Positions 8,618 through 18,765 of a stretch of 64,000 nt of DNA are shown one piece after another. The translations under genes were made by a program, and so were the position numbers. Under the pieces are notes generated by a model. That model did no database searches. It had not been told where the DNA came from and saw only the letters and a program-made list of their open reading frames with translations. Source of the stretch: an uncultured Gammaproteobacteria bacterium (lineage in GTDB: Bacteria; Patescibacteriota; Patescibacteriia; Patescibacteriales; GWC2-42-12); NCBI GenBank assembly GCA_964431805.1, contig CAYSKV010000003.1, forward strand, positions 53,256-117,255. The letters run 5' to 3'. The stretch's first letter is position 1. Each line of letters starts with the position of its first letter.

Positions 8618-10373
8618 AATAAAATTAAACGGCAAAGAAATTATTTGTTCCGAAGGAATTACTATTATGCAGGCAGCGGCGGAAAATGGTATTGATATAC
8701 CAAGTTTATGCCAGCATGATGATTTTCCGGCTAAAGCTAATTGCCGTGTTTGTGTGGTAGAAATTGTTGGTCGCAAGGGCTTACATACTTCTTGCTCAAC
8801 TAAAGTTGAAGATGGCATGGAGATTATTACAGATAGCGAGCAGGTAAAACGATCAAGAAATTTAAACATTGAATTAATATTTGCCGAACATATTGAAAAG
8901 TGCCCGGATTGCACTCAGCGTTTTAACTGCAGATTATTAGAGTTAGCTGATAAATATAAAATAGAAATTACTCGTTTTAAAGATAGGAAGGGCGCGAGAA
9001 AAACTTATAAATTTGCCAATGCCGTAGAAATAGATGGAACACAATGTATTGATTGCCGCAATTGTTTAGATGCCTGCAACAAAATGCAAAAAATAAATTA
9101 TTTAACTTTAAAAGGTAAGGGCATAAATCAGGAAATTGTGCCGGTTACTGAAAAAAATAGTTTTTCTTTTCACAAAAAATCCGATAAGGTAGATTGCATT
9201 TATTGCGGACAGTGCACAGTGCATTGCCCGGTGAACGCGGCGCAGGAGCAAGCTCAGTGGCAATTAGTTGAAAGAGCGTTAAAGAATAAATCTAAAACCA
9301 TAGTAGCGCAGTTCGCGCCTTCAGTTAGAGTAAGTATTGGCGAAGAATTCGGCGCGCCTCATGGTAAAATAATGTCCGGACAAATCGTCGCGGCGTTAAA
9401 AAAATTAGGCTTTAATTATGTTTTTGATGTAAATTTTAGTTCGGATATTACTACTATAGTTGAAGCTGAAGAACTTTTAGAAAGAGTTAAGCATGGCGGT
9501 GCTATGCCCATGTTTACTTCCTGCTGTCCGGCCTGGATTAAATATATTGAATTTTATCGACCGGATTTAATACCTAATATTACGACTTCAAGAAGTCCGC
9601 AAATTCATAGCGCCGGAATTATAAAAACTTATTGGGCGGAAAAGATGGAAAAAAATCCTAAAGATATTGTCGTTGTATCGGTTATGCCGTGTACGGCTAA
9701 GAAATTTGAAGCTGATCGTCCCGAGTTGAAAGTTAAAGGAGTTTTGCCTATAGATTATGTAATTACAACGCGCGAATTGGCCTGGCTAATTAAGAAAAAT
9801 AAAATAAATTTTTTAAATTTAAATTCAGAATCGGCCGATAGTCCTTTAGGTGAAGCTAGCGGAGCAGCCGCGATTTATGGCGCTTCGGGCGGAGTTATGG
9901 AATCGGCCTTAAGAACCGCTCAATATTTAATGTTAACGGCGCAAGATACGGTTTGCCGTGATTTAAATAAAGAAAATAAAACTACAGATTGTAATTTAAA
10001 TATTGAATTTGAAAATGTACGCGGACTTAGGGGGGTAAAAAAAGCGGATATTAAAATAGGCGATCAGAAAGTCAGAGTAGGCGTAGTCAACGGCATTGGT
10101 AATATCGGTCCGGTATTGGATAATTTACATGATTATGATTATATTGAAGTAATGGCTTGCCCCGGCGGTTGCATCGGCGGCGGCGGTCAGCCCATACCTA
10201 CTACCCCGGCGATTAGGCAGAAAAGGCTAGAGGCTTTATATAAAATTGATAAAAATGATAAAATTAGGCAAGCGCATGATAATAAAACAGCAATTGAAGT
10301 TTTGGCCTGGCTTAAAGAAAAAGGTAAATTAGAACATGGAGTTTTACATACTAACTACAAAAAGAAAAAATAA
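8601..10373 (+). CDS. hydA: [FeFe]-hydrogenase catalytic subunit (HydA, M3-type with N-terminal 2Fe-2S and accessory Fe-S domains)
   Basis: H-cluster motifs TSCCPAW (L1), MPCTAKKFE (L2), ACPGGCIGGGGQP (L3). N-terminal NuoG-like CxxxxxxxxxxCxxC, His-ligated cluster HxxxCxxC, and two CxxCxxCxxxCP motifs. Confidence 0.88.
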   Translation: MNKKIKIKLNGKEIICSEGITIMQAAAENGIDIPSLCQHDDFPAKANCRVCVVEIVGRKGLHTSCSTKVEDGMEIITDSEQVKRSRNLNIELIFAEHIEKCPDCTQRFNCRLLELADKYKIEITRFKDRKGARKTYKFANAVEIDGTQCIDCRNCLDACNKMQKINYLTLKGKGINQEIVPVTEKNSFSFHKKSDKVDCIYCGQCTVHCPVNAAQEQAQWQLVERALKNKSKTIVAQFAPSVRVSIGEEFGAPHGKIMSGQIVAALKKLGFNYVFDVNFSSDITTIVEAEELLERVKHGGAMPMFTSCCPAWIKYIEFYRPDLIPNITTSRSPQIHSAGIIKTYWAEKMEKNPKDIVVVSVMPCTAKKFEADRPELKVKGVLPIDYVITTRELAWLIKKNKINFLNLNSESADSPLGEASGAAAIYGASGGVMESALRTAQYLMLTAQDTVCRDLNKENKTTDCNLNIEFENVRGLRGVKKADIKIGDQKVRVGVVNGIGNIGPVLDNLHDYDYIEVMACPGGCIGGGGQPIPTTPAIRQKRLEALYKIDKNDKIRQAHDNKTAIEVLAWLKEKGKLEHGVLHTNYKKKK

Positions 10374-10385
10374 TTTAAAAACTAT

Positions 10386-10646
10386 ATGAATAAAACAATT
10401 TTAGCCACAATAAGTGTTCTAATTAAAGATCGACACAATCAATCGGCTACCGTCAACGATCTTTTAACTAAAAATGGTAATTTAATCAGAACTAGATTGG
10501 GCGTAAACATTGAACCTAGATGCACGGCCGGTTGCATGGCTATTATGAGTTTAATAGTCGAGGGAACGGAAGTTGAAATCAACGGTTTAGTTGAAAAATT
10601 AAACAACTTGCCAGAAGTAAAAGCTTTTAAAACATTTTTAATTTAA
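10386..10646 (+). CDS. small protein, possibly TM1266-like iron-only hydrogenase system regulator
   Basis: 86 aa, located between hydA and a ferredoxin. Size and context match the TM1266 family, but sequence similarity cannot be verified without a search. Confidence 0.3.
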   Translation: MNKTILATISVLIKDRHNQSATVNDLLTKNGNLIRTRLGVNIEPRCTAGCMAIMSLIVEGTEVEINGLVEKLNNLPEVKAFKTFLI

Positions 10647-10651
10647 AATTT

Positions 10652-10861
10652 ATGATAAAAATAGATTACGAAAAATGCTGTTGGAAAGACGGTAAATGTT
10701 CAAGTTGCTCTTGCTCAGGCGCTAAATGCGTTGGTTGCGCTGAAGCTTGCCCGACTCAAGCGATCACGCGTGGCAAGTTAGTTGAAATTAATCAAAATAA
10801 ATGTCTTAATTGCGGCGCTTGTGTTGCTGCCTGTAAATATGGAGCAGTTTCGCTGGAATAA
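10652..10861 (+). CDS. 2x[4Fe-4S] ferredoxin
   Basis: 69 aa with CxxCxxC...CP and [11 protein letters not shown] motifs. Confidence 0.8.
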   Translation: MIKIDYEKCCWKDGKCSSCSCSGAKCVGCAEACPTQAITRGKLVEINQNKCLNCGACVAACKYGAVSLE

Positions 10862-10885
10862 TATTAATTTTCGAAGTAGTAACGT

Positions 10886-11422
10886 ATGCAAAATATAATT
10901 AAAGAACAAATTTTAGGTAGGGTTAATGTCCAAGCCCTGACTCAATTTATTGGTTTAGCCGGCATAGCTTTATTTCTGCCATTTTTTATTCATCTACAAT
11001 GGATTAGCGGTCCGATAATTAATGCTATTTTAATTTTAATTTTATTTTTGTCAGGTATTAGAGCTGCTATGGTAGTAGCGCTAATACCAAGTTTAATGGC
11101 TTTATCTGGAGGATTGCTTCCAGCTGTTTTAGCGCCAGTCGTGCCTTTTATTATGATTAGTAATATGATTTTTGTTTTAACTATTGATTGGTTTTACAGT
11201 AAAACAAAAGATAGTAACAAGGGATATTGGCTAGGAGTTATAATGGCCGCGGTTGTTAAATTTGCTTTTTTATATTTTAGCGTAAGTTGGATAACTAAAT
11301 TATTAATTAAACAGGAATTGGCCGTAAAAGTGGCGCAGATGATGAGCTGGCCGCAATTTGCTACGGCGATTATAGGAGGTATGATTGCTTGGGTAATTTT
11401 AAAATGGCTGAAAAGATTTTAA
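10886..11422 (+). CDS. hypothetical integral membrane protein
   Basis: 178 aa with multiple predicted hydrophobic helices, directly after the hydrogenase/ferredoxin genes. Confidence 0.4.
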   Translation: MQNIIKEQILGRVNVQALTQFIGLAGIALFLPFFIHLQWISGPIINAILILILFLSGIRAAMVVALIPSLMALSGGLLPAVLAPVVPFIMISNMIFVLTIDWFYSKTKDSNKGYWLGVIMAAVVKFAFLYFSVSWITKLLIKQELAVKVAQMMSWPQFATAIIGGMIAWVILKWLKRF

Positions 11423-11476
11423 GGGGAAAGTGGATAAATTGTGAGTTAATGGTTGAAAAGTAATATGTTTTACATC

Positions 11477-11505
11477 TTGACTTTTTGTAAATTTTGCTAT
11501 ATGAT
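11477..11505 (+). promoter_or_regulatory. orphan sigma70-like promoter (TTGACT-17-TATGAT)
   Basis: TTGACT 11477-11482, 17-nt spacer, TATGAT 11500-11505. No ORF follows before the terminator at 11710-11741. Confidence 0.4.
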
Positions 11506-11709
11506 ATTGGCCTGAAGAGTAAGAAAATATTTTTGGCAGCTCTCTAAAAATTTGAGGATAATATTAAATTTAACTACTGCGCATTAGCAGATAGATTAAA
11601 TAACAAATTTGCAAACTATATAGTATTATTCTCTAGGATGAGTCAGCCAAGAATATGATTACTACTCTTCGCCAAGATTAAACAATTAATATATGTTAAT
11701 CTTTAAAAA

Positions 11710-11741
11710 ATAACCCCAATTTTGTTGGGGTTATTTATTTT
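11710..11741 (+). terminator. rho-independent terminator (aaccccaa-tttt-gttggggtt + T-run)
   Basis: 8-bp GC-containing stem followed by TTATTTATTTT. Confidence 0.6.
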
Positions 11742-11818
11742 AGTTGATTTTGACATAAAGAATTATTTATTGTATATTTTAACTGTAATTTAACGCTGAA
11801 ATAAGTGTTATTTTTGTT

Positions 11819-13264
11819 ATGAAAATTCCTGAATACGTAAAAAATATTGTTGAAAAATTAGAGAGCGCAGGCTTTGAAGCCTTTATCGTGGGCGGCTCTG
11901 TGCGTGATTTGTTAATGGATAAAATACCTAAAGATTGGGATATAACTACTAACGCTAGACCAGAAAAAATATTAGAAGTATTTTCTGACGGAAAATATGA
12001 AAATGTTTTTGGCACGGTTTTAGTTCCGATTAAGTTGGAAAACGGCGAAACCGAAGACGTTGTAGAAGTAACGACTTATCGCTCGGAGCAGGGTTATAGC
12101 GACCGCCGGCATCCTGATAAAATTACTTTTGAAGATAATTTAGATAAAGACTTAAGCCGCAGAGACTTTACGGTTAACGCCATGGCGCTTCTGCCGTCTG
12201 GCAAAGCTACTGAAATTACAGATTTATTTGGTGGCGGAAAAGATTTAAAGAAAAAAATTATTAGAGCGGTAGGCGAGCCCGAAGATAGATTTAAAGAAGA
12301 TGCTTTAAGAATGATGCGCGCTATTAGATTGGCTTGCCAGCTTAATTTTTCTATTGAAGGAAAAACCGAAAGAGCGATTATTAAAATGGCCGGCGGTATA
12401 AAATTTATTTCCGGAGAAAGGATTCGCGATGAGTTAATTAAAATTTTTGAATCAGATAGAGCTTACGAAGGAGTAATGATGCTTCACGAATTTAAATTAC
12501 TACAATATATTATTCCAGAATTAGAGCGAGGCGTTGGCATGGATCAAAATAAACATCATACTTATACGGTTTTTAATCATAGCGTTTTGTCTTTACGCCA
12601 TACGCCTAATAAAAAATGGCAAGTTAGATTCGCTTCTTTACTGCATGACATAGCTAAACCGCAAACCAAGCGCATCATTAAAGGCGACGCTACTTTTTAT
12701 AATCATGATTTAGTCGGCGCTAAGGTAGCGGCTAAAATTATGTCTAGGCTTAAATTTTCTAAAGCAGACACTGACAAAGTCGTGATTTTAATAAAAAATC
12801 ACATGTTTTATTATAACGTTGGCGAGGTTACGGAAAGTTCGGTGCGCCGTTTAATTAGAAAAGTTGGTGAAGAAAATTTAGCCGATTTAATTGATTTACG
12901 CATTGCCGATCGTTTAGGCTCGGGCGTGCCTAAAGCTAAGCCATATAAATTGCGCCACCTTGAATATATGATGGAAAAAGTTAGGCATGATGCGGTTTCG
13001 GTTAAAATGTTAAAAATTAATGGCGATGATTTAATAAAGTTATTAAAAATAGAGCCAGGCCCGAAAATTGGCGCAATTTTAGATGTTTTATTATCAGAAG
13101 TAATTGAAGATCAAAAATTAAATAATAAAGAATATTTGGAAAAACGAAGTTTAGAATTAAATGAAATGGATTTAAAAGAATTGCGCGATCAAGCTAAAGA
13201 AAAAATTGAAGAGAAAAAAATGGAAGATGATGAAGAAATAAAAAAAGAGTTTTACGTTAAATAA
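11819..13264 (+). CDS. cca: CCA-adding tRNA nucleotidyltransferase with HD domain
   Basis: GGSVRDLLM...DWDI and RRDFTVNAMA polymerase-beta-like motifs, plus a C-terminal HD domain (HD...H...D). Confidence 0.85.
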   Translation: MKIPEYVKNIVEKLESAGFEAFIVGGSVRDLLMDKIPKDWDITTNARPEKILEVFSDGKYENVFGTVLVPIKLENGETEDVVEVTTYRSEQGYSDRRHPDKITFEDNLDKDLSRRDFTVNAMALLPSGKATEITDLFGGGKDLKKKIIRAVGEPEDRFKEDALRMMRAIRLACQLNFSIEGKTERAIIKMAGGIKFISGERIRDELIKIFESDRAYEGVMMLHEFKLLQYIIPELERGVGMDQNKHHTYTVFNHSVLSLRHTPNKKWQVRFASLLHDIAKPQTKRIIKGDATFYNHDLVGAKVAAKIMSRLKFSKADTDKVVILIKNHMFYYNVGEVTESSVRRLIRKVGEENLADLIDLRIADRLGSGVPKAKPYKLRHLEYMMEKVRHDAVSVKMLKINGDDLIKLLKIEPGPKIGAILDVLLSEVIEDQKLNNKEYLEKRSLELNEMDLKELRDQAKEKIEEKKMEDDEEIKKEFYVK

Positions 13265-13273
13265 AATAAACCC

Positions 13274-13735
13274 ATGCCAGATTTAAGAGCTGTAAATTTG
13301 TGTTATGTAATTAATAATCAAGATGAAATACTTTTGCAATACAAGCGTAAAGGTTTTGGTGTTGGTAAATGGAATGGACCAGGAGGCAAGGTGGAGCCCG
13401 GAGAAACGTTAGAGCAAGCAGTTATCAGAGAAGTAAAAGAAGAGACCGGTCTAGATATAAAAAATTTAAAGAAAATGGCAGAATTAGAATTTTATTTTAT
13501 TAATAAAGAAGAATGGAATCAAATAGCTCATGTTTATATTACTAAAGATTTTACCGGAGATATTCAAGTTAGCGAAGAAGGAGAGTTGAGATGGTTTAAA
13601 ATTAAGGAAATTCCTTATGATAAAATGTGGGATGATGATCCATATTGGTTGCCAAATATTTTAGCTGGGGAATTTATGAAAATTAAATTTTATTTTGATC
13701 AAAATAGTAATTTACAAAAATATGAAAAATTATAA
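13274..13735 (+). CDS. NUDIX hydrolase
   Basis: Nudix box [24 protein letters not shown]. Confidence 0.8.
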   Translation: MPDLRAVNLCYVINNQDEILLQYKRKGFGVGKWNGPGGKVEPGETLEQAVIREVKEETGLDIKNLKKMAELEFYFINKEEWNQIAHVYITKDFTGDIQVSEEGELRWFKIKEIPYDKMWDDDPYWLPNILAGEFMKIKFYFDQNSNLQKYEKL

Positions 13736-14483
13736 AAAATTAATTTTGCCGGCGGTATTACTTATTATTTTAACTGCCTGCGCTGATAATTCTAATAAAC
13801 AATATAGTTATAACGAAAATAACATACCAAAATCTATGGACAATTCTAATGAAGTTGATATAATTGACAGAATGAATGATATAAAAAATGGCGCTACGCC
13901 AAAAATTAAACCAGATAGTAGTTCTTCGGCTAACCAATCAAGCCAGGCGGACGAGGCAACTTCTCCGACTAATCAAAAGCAGCTAGAAAATTTAGCTGAG
14001 CAGTTTAATGGCGCAATTATAAAAACTAATTTTGGCGATATTACTATAAAATTTTACGCGCAAGAATCGCCGATTACGGTTAATAATTTTTTAAATTTAG
14101 CTAAAGCTGGATTTTATAATGGCACAAAATTTCATCGGGTAATTAAAGATTTTATGATTCAGGGCGGCGATCCTAACAGTAAAGATGACGACTGGCCAAA
14201 TGACGGAACAGGCGGGCCAGGCTATCAATTCCAAGATGAATTTAATCAGCATCAACTTGTAAAAGGTAGTTTAGCTATGGCTAACGCCGGAGCCAATACA
14301 AACGGTTCACAATTTTTTATAGTAACTGCAAGTTCAACGCCTTGGTTAGACGGTAAACATACAAATTTTGGTTATGTGACCGCTGGCATGGAAGTAGTAG
14401 AAAAAATAGAAAAAGTTGCGGTGAACGAAAATGATCATCCAACGGAAGATGTTATTGTAAATAGTATAGAGTTAACTAAATAA
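13722..14483 (+). CDS. cyclophilin-type peptidyl-prolyl cis-trans isomerase, lipoprotein
   Basis: Lipobox LTAC after a signal peptide. [14 protein letters not shown] and GSQFFI cyclophilin motifs. The ATG at 13722 is chosen as start (the ORF track starts earlier at 13695, which would overlap the NUDIX gene). Confidence 0.85.
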   Translation: MKNYKKLILPAVLLIILTACADNSNKQYSYNENNIPKSMDNSNEVDIIDRMNDIKNGATPKIKPDSSSSANQSSQADEATSPTNQKQLENLAEQFNGAIIKTNFGDITIKFYAQESPITVNNFLNLAKAGFYNGTKFHRVIKDFMIQGGDPNSKDDDWPNDGTGGPGYQFQDEFNQHQLVKGSLAMANAGANTNGSQFFIVTASSTPWLDGKHTNFGYVTAGMEVVEKIEKVAVNENDHPTEDVIVNSIELTK

Positions 14484-14489
14484 AATTCG

Positions 14490-14560
14490 GGGCCTATGGT
14501 CTAGTGGTATGACGCGACATTCGCATTGTCGAGACGCCAGTCCGATTCTGGCTAGGTCCA
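14490..14560 (+). tRNA. tRNA-Ala (anticodon CGC)
   Basis: Cloverleaf folded by hand: acceptor GGGCCTA/TAGGTCC with G3:U70 Ala identity pair, anticodon stem CGACA/TGTCG, loop TTCGCAT, T-arm GCCAG-TCCGATT-CTGGC. CCA not encoded. Confidence 0.8.
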
Positions 14561-14583
14561 CACTAATAATTAAATAAAAATTT

Positions 14584-14922
14584 ATGACCTTAATTATTAA
14601 ATGGCTTATCATGGTTTTAGCTATTGCAATAAGTTCATACTTAGTGCCTGGCGTTGCAATCGCTGGTTTTTGGTCGGCTTTATGGCTAGCTTTGTTTTTA
14701 GGGATTATAAATATTTTAATTAAGCCGATTTCAATCTTAGTAACTTTACCGATTAACATTTTAACTTTAGGATTATTTACTTTTGTTATTAATGCTTTAA
14801 TGATTTTATTAGCCGCTTCGGTTATTAAGGGTTTTTCTGTGAGCGGATTCTGGGTAGCTATGTTATTCAGTATAGTTTTATCAATTGTTAGCTATCTAAT
14901 AAACGCGCTTATTAAAGCATAA
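14584..14922 (+). CDS. DUF360/YvlD-like 4-TM membrane protein (phage holin family IV-like)
   Basis: 112 aa, four hydrophobic helices, composition typical of the YvlD/DUF360 family. Confidence 0.45.
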   Translation: MTLIIKWLIMVLAIAISSYLVPGVAIAGFWSALWLALFLGIINILIKPISILVTLPINILTLGLFTFVINALMILLAASVIKGFSVSGFWVAMLFSIVLSIVSYLINALIKA

Positions 14923-14928
14923 AATTAA

Positions 14929-14999
14929 CGGGCTGTGGTATAACGGTATTACGCACGCTTCGGGTGCGTGTAATCCGGGTTCAATTCCCGGCAGCCCGA
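14929..14999 (+). tRNA. tRNA-Pro (anticodon CGG)
   Basis: Acceptor CGGGCTG/CAGCCCG with C1:G72 and A73 (bacterial Pro identity), anticodon stem CACGC/GCGTG, loop TTCGGGT, T-arm CCGGG-TTCAATT-CCCGG. Confidence 0.8.
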
Positions 15000-15093
15000 C
15001 ATAAACAAACGTTCGTGTTCACGGGTAAAAGATTAAAAAATTTGGTTTCTAATGTTATAATTAAAGCATAATTAATTATTAACGCGAATAATT

Positions 15094-17874
15094 ATGAAAA
15101 AGGAGGCGATATATTTACGCATCATCCCCGTCGTAGTAATGGTGGCATGTTTTTTTGTTTTCGGCGGGATGGCGCGAGCCGCGGATATAATCTGGGATAA
15201 TACTCAAGTTAGAGTAATTAGCAGTTTTACGCTTAATGGCTGGGATCGGTTGATTATTCGACCGGGGACGATTATCAAAATGGCGGCTGGCGCAAAAATA
15301 ATTTCTTATGGAGATATTGAAGCTATTGGAGAGCCTAATAATCCGATTGTGTTTACCTCCATCAAAGATGATAGTGTTGGCGGCGATACCAATGGCGACG
15401 GTAGCGCAACTAAGCCGGCCATGGGCGATTGGGGTTATTTTTTAATTCAGGGCGAAGGTAGGAAGGTCACCATGGATTATGTAAAAATTAATTACGGGGG
15501 TGGTAGCAGCGATAAACGGCCGACTAATTTTATGTCGGTGTCAAACTCTGGCGAGCCGGGCGTAAAGTTAAAAGAGATTAATATTACTCATAGTTCAATT
15601 GTTAATAATTTCAGCGGCGTTAGTTTTTATGGCGACGCGATTTTTAAAATTTCCCAATCAAATTTTTATAACGATGTTCATTGTCCTTTGCCATTAGGCT
15701 GGAGTCCGGCTCCGCGTTGCGATCAATTAGGCATCAGCAAGGCGACAGGGGCTAAAATTGAAGCGCCCTATGTTTATTGGGGCCATAAAGACGGGCCGAC
15801 AACCTTAGACGACTATATAAATGGTATTAAAAAGGGCACTAAAGTTTATTATAACGCGAATTTTATTCCTTTTTTAATCGAACCATGGCCGTCCGAGTTA
15901 ACTGGACCGTCTTCGGTTGATCCGGTAATTTTAGTGCCAGGGATTATGGGAAGCTGGAATGTGGGTGGTAAATGGGAATTAGACCCAATACTTCATACTT
16001 ACGATAATTTATGGCAAGCTTTAAAAAATGCCGGCTATGTGGAAGGCGAAACTTTGTTCGCGTTTCCGTATGAATGGCGTCAAGATAATAATTTAACCGC
16101 TTATCAGTTAAAGCAGAAAATAGACGAGGTAAAAAGTATCTGTGATTGTGGTAAAGTTGATATCATGGCGCATAGCATGGGTGGCTTAGTGGTGCGGGCT
16201 TACGCGGAAAGCAATTATTATGGCGGCGACATTGATCAATTAGTATTTTTAGGTACGCCGCATAAAGGTTCGCCGGAAAGTTATTTAAGGTGGGAAGCGG
16301 CTGAAGGTTTTGAGGACGTAAGATCTAAATTAGTAAAATTGTATTTTGGGCTAGAAGCTCATGCGCGGGGGTATGGTTCACTATTTGATTATATTCAAAA
16401 TTATGTAAAATCAGTTGAACAATTATTACCGGATTATGCTTATTTGCAAAATTTAGGAGAAACAGGCTTTAGAATTTACGATAAAATTAATTATCCTAAT
16501 AATTATCCATATAATACATTTTTAGAAAATATTAATTCGGTAGACAAACTAAATCAATTTGCAAACAGCAGTATAAAAATTATGAATTTTATTGGCGATA
16601 CGGGTGACAACACCATTAACGCAATTAAAGTAAGTTCGGGCGAGCAATATTGGCCGATGTGGAAAAATGGCTATGCCGAAGAATCAATTAGGCTGGCTGG
16701 CGACGGCACAGTGCCGGAAATTAGCTCGTCTTTATTTATAACAACAAAAATTGACAATTCAGACCATTCAGCTTTGCCCACTAAAGCACAAAAACGAGTA
16801 ATAGAATATTTGACTGGCAATTTGCCAACTATAGAAATAACCGACATTAAAGAGCCTAAAAAAATGATGGTGGTTAGAATTTTTTCTCCAGCCGATTTTA
16901 TTATAACCGCGCCGAATGGCAAAAGGTTGGGTAAAAATTTTACGAACGGTCAGGCGGTTGCGATTAATGAAATTCCCGGAGCGTTTTATTCTGGTTTTAA
17001 TACTGATGCCGAATTCGCGGTTATTTCCGATCCGATGGACGGAGAATATAGAGTGGAGTTGCAAGGCACGAGTCAGGGAGAATATAAGTTAAGCGCAAGT
17101 TTAATTGATGAAAATAAGCAAATTGATCAGGAATTTAGCGGTAGTATTATGCCGGATCAGCAAAGAAATTTTAATATAGATTATTTAGCTGCGTCGGAAA
17201 ATCTCTTAAGCGACTTAAAACCGATTGATACTGTGCCGCCGGTTGTGGTGATCAACGGATTAACAGAAGGCAAAAAATATCTGCATAATGATAATTTAAT
17301 AATAGACTATACGGCTACGGATGATTTTTCCGGCATAGCTACCACGACTATAACCATAGATAATCAGGAAGTTGCCACGACCACGATTGATTTATTTGAT
17401 TATGCTTTAGGCCCGCATAGTTTAGTTATTACGGCGATTGATAAAGCCGGCAACCAGGCGCTAGCGCAGGTAAATTTTGAAATTATTGCTAATATAGATA
17501 GCACTATCAGTGATATTAAAGAAATTAATAATCGCGGCTGGCTTAAAAGTAAAATTTATCACGCGCTATTGGAAAACGCGTTTAAACTTCTGAAAATAGA
17601 AACTAAATTTTTTGACGAAGAACAGGATCTAAACGAAAGATTAATCAAGAAAACCCGGGATGATAGAAAACTTACGGACGAGCAAAAGCAGAAACTGATT
17701 GAGCAATATAATAAAAAGTCGGCCGAATTAAAAAAGGATCGAGCTAAAGCCATAAATAAAAGCTTAGATTTAATAATTAAGCTATTAGACAAGGCAAAAG
17801 ACAAAGACCAGATTAATCAGCAAGGATATGATATAATATTAAGTGATATTAATTATTTAAGAGAAAATTTATGA
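15094..17874 (+). CDS. large secreted protein with alpha/beta-hydrolase (lipase/esterase, PGAP1-like) domain and C-terminal coiled-coil
   Basis: N-terminal signal peptide. GxSxG nucleophile elbow AHSMGGLVV with downstream GTPHKGSP. Lys/Glu-rich C-terminal tail. 926 aa. Confidence 0.5.
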   Translation: MKKEAIYLRIIPVVVMVACFFVFGGMARAADIIWDNTQVRVISSFTLNGWDRLIIRPGTIIKMAAGAKIISYGDIEAIGEPNNPIVFTSIKDDSVGGDTNGDGSATKPAMGDWGYFLIQGEGRKVTMDYVKINYGGGSSDKRPTNFMSVSNSGEPGVKLKEINITHSSIVNNFSGVSFYGDAIFKISQSNFYNDVHCPLPLGWSPAPRCDQLGISKATGAKIEAPYVYWGHKDGPTTLDDYINGIKKGTKVYYNANFIPFLIEPWPSELTGPSSVDPVILVPGIMGSWNVGGKWELDPILHTYDNLWQALKNAGYVEGETLFAFPYEWRQDNNLTAYQLKQKIDEVKSICDCGKVDIMAHSMGGLVVRAYAESNYYGGDIDQLVFLGTPHKGSPESYLRWEAAEGFEDVRSKLVKLYFGLEAHARGYGSLFDYIQNYVKSVEQLLPDYAYLQNLGETGFRIYDKINYPNNYPYNTFLENINSVDKLNQFANSSIKIMNFIGDTGDNTINAIKVSSGEQYWPMWKNGYAEESIRLAGDGTVPEISSSLFITTKIDNSDHSALPTKAQKRVIEYLTGNLPTIEITDIKEPKKMMVVRIFSPADFIITAPNGKRLGKNFTNGQAVAINEIPGAFYSGFNTDAEFAVISDPMDGEYRVELQGTSQGEYKLSASLIDENKQIDQEFSGSIMPDQQRNFNIDYLAASENLLSDLKPIDTVPPVVVINGLTEGKKYLHNDNLIIDYTATDDFSGIATTTITIDNQEVATTTIDLFDYALGPHSLVITAIDKAGNQALAQVNFEIIANIDSTISDIKEINNRGWLKSKIYHALLENAFKLLKIETKFFDEEQDLNERLIKKTRDDRKLTDEQKQKLIEQYNKKSAELKKDRAKAINKSLDLIIKLLDKAKDKDQINQQGYDIILSDINYLRENL

Positions 17875-18296
17875 ATCAAAAATTAAAAAATGTTTTGATG
17901 ATTTTATTAGTCTACATCGGCTCTATTATTTTATCCTTAATTTTGGCTCCGTTAGGTGGCGCTTTGCATATCAATATATTAGATGCACATTGTGGCGGAG
18001 GGTTATTTTTATTAGAGATGGGAGATATAGGTTGCAAAACTGAAGGATTTATTTATTTTTATATTTTTTGGTTAGCAATTTTTTCCTTTTTATTACTAAA
18101 ACGAAAAACTGCCTGGCTAGTCTATATAATTGGCACAATATTATTTTGGGTTGGTGGAGTTTTAATTATTGCAACAGAAAATTTGAAATATTTGAAAAAT
18201 GAAGATATCGGCAGTCTCATAATAATGATTTGTTTTCTTGTGGCTGGCTGGCTTTTAGCTCAAGGCGGTTTGCTGGTTTATAAAAAATTAAAGTAG
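17871..18296 (+). CDS. hypothetical membrane protein, translationally coupled to the upstream secreted hydrolase
   Basis: ATGA start/stop overlap with the preceding gene. Four hydrophobic segments. Confidence 0.4.
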   Translation: MNQKLKNVLMILLVYIGSIILSLILAPLGGALHINILDAHCGGGLFLLEMGDIGCKTEGFIYFYIFWLAIFSFLLLKRKTAWLVYIIGTILFWVGGVLIIATENLKYLKNEDIGSLIIMICFLVAGWLLAQGGLLVYKKLK

Positions 18297-18425
18297 ACAA
18301 GCAAGAAAAATTTATTAAGCGAAGTTTGTCTGAGCGATGCGTTAATAATATCGGCACGAAAAATAATTTTGGTTTGTAAAAGAGACTTTGAATTTTTTGG
18401 GCGGAAATTGCTTTTTTAATTTTTT

Positions 18426-18467
18426 AACATTTTTTACCTGCCTGCCGGCAGGCAGGTAAAAAATGTT
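18426..18467. promoter_or_regulatory. perfect 42-bp palindrome (AACATTTTTTACCTGCCTGCC|GGCAGGCAGGTAAAAAATGTT)
   Basis: Exact reverse-complement symmetry read directly from the sequence. Ends 6 nt before the ATG of the DUF167 gene. No T-tract, so not a canonical terminator. Confidence 0.5.
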
Positions 18468-18473
18468 CTTCCT

Positions 18474-18758
18474 ATGTTTAATAAACTCGACATGTTTGTA
18501 AAATTCAAAAAACTTTATCAAGAAAAAGGTGAGATTTATTTGCGCGTTAAAGTGCGACCTAATGCTTCTAAAACTTGCGTTAAAGAAATAATGGCTGATG
18601 AGACGATTAAGATTGATTTAGCGGCTGCGCCGGAAAAAGGCAAAGCCAATCAGGAATTAATAAAATTTTTAACCAAGCAGTTTGATGCTATTACTGGCAA
18701 TGTTAAAATAATCAGTGGAGCAGGTGAGAGGTTAAAATTAGTGAAAATTATAAAATAA
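18474..18758 (+). CDS. DUF167 (YggU/UPF0235) family protein
   Basis: 94 aa. The LRVKVRPNASK ... AAPEKGKANQELIKFL pattern matches the YggU family. Confidence 0.55.
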   Translation: MFNKLDMFVKFKKLYQEKGEIYLRVKVRPNASKTCVKEIMADETIKIDLAAAPEKGKANQELIKFLTKQFDAITGNVKIISGAGERLKLVKIIK

Positions 18759-18765
18759 TAAAGAT

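Noticed and set aside
10386-10646. Considered the 86-aa protein as the missing NuoE/HydC 2Fe-2S subunit
   Set aside because: It has only two Cys and no CxxxxC...CxxxC thioredoxin-like ferredoxin pattern, so it is not NuoE-like.
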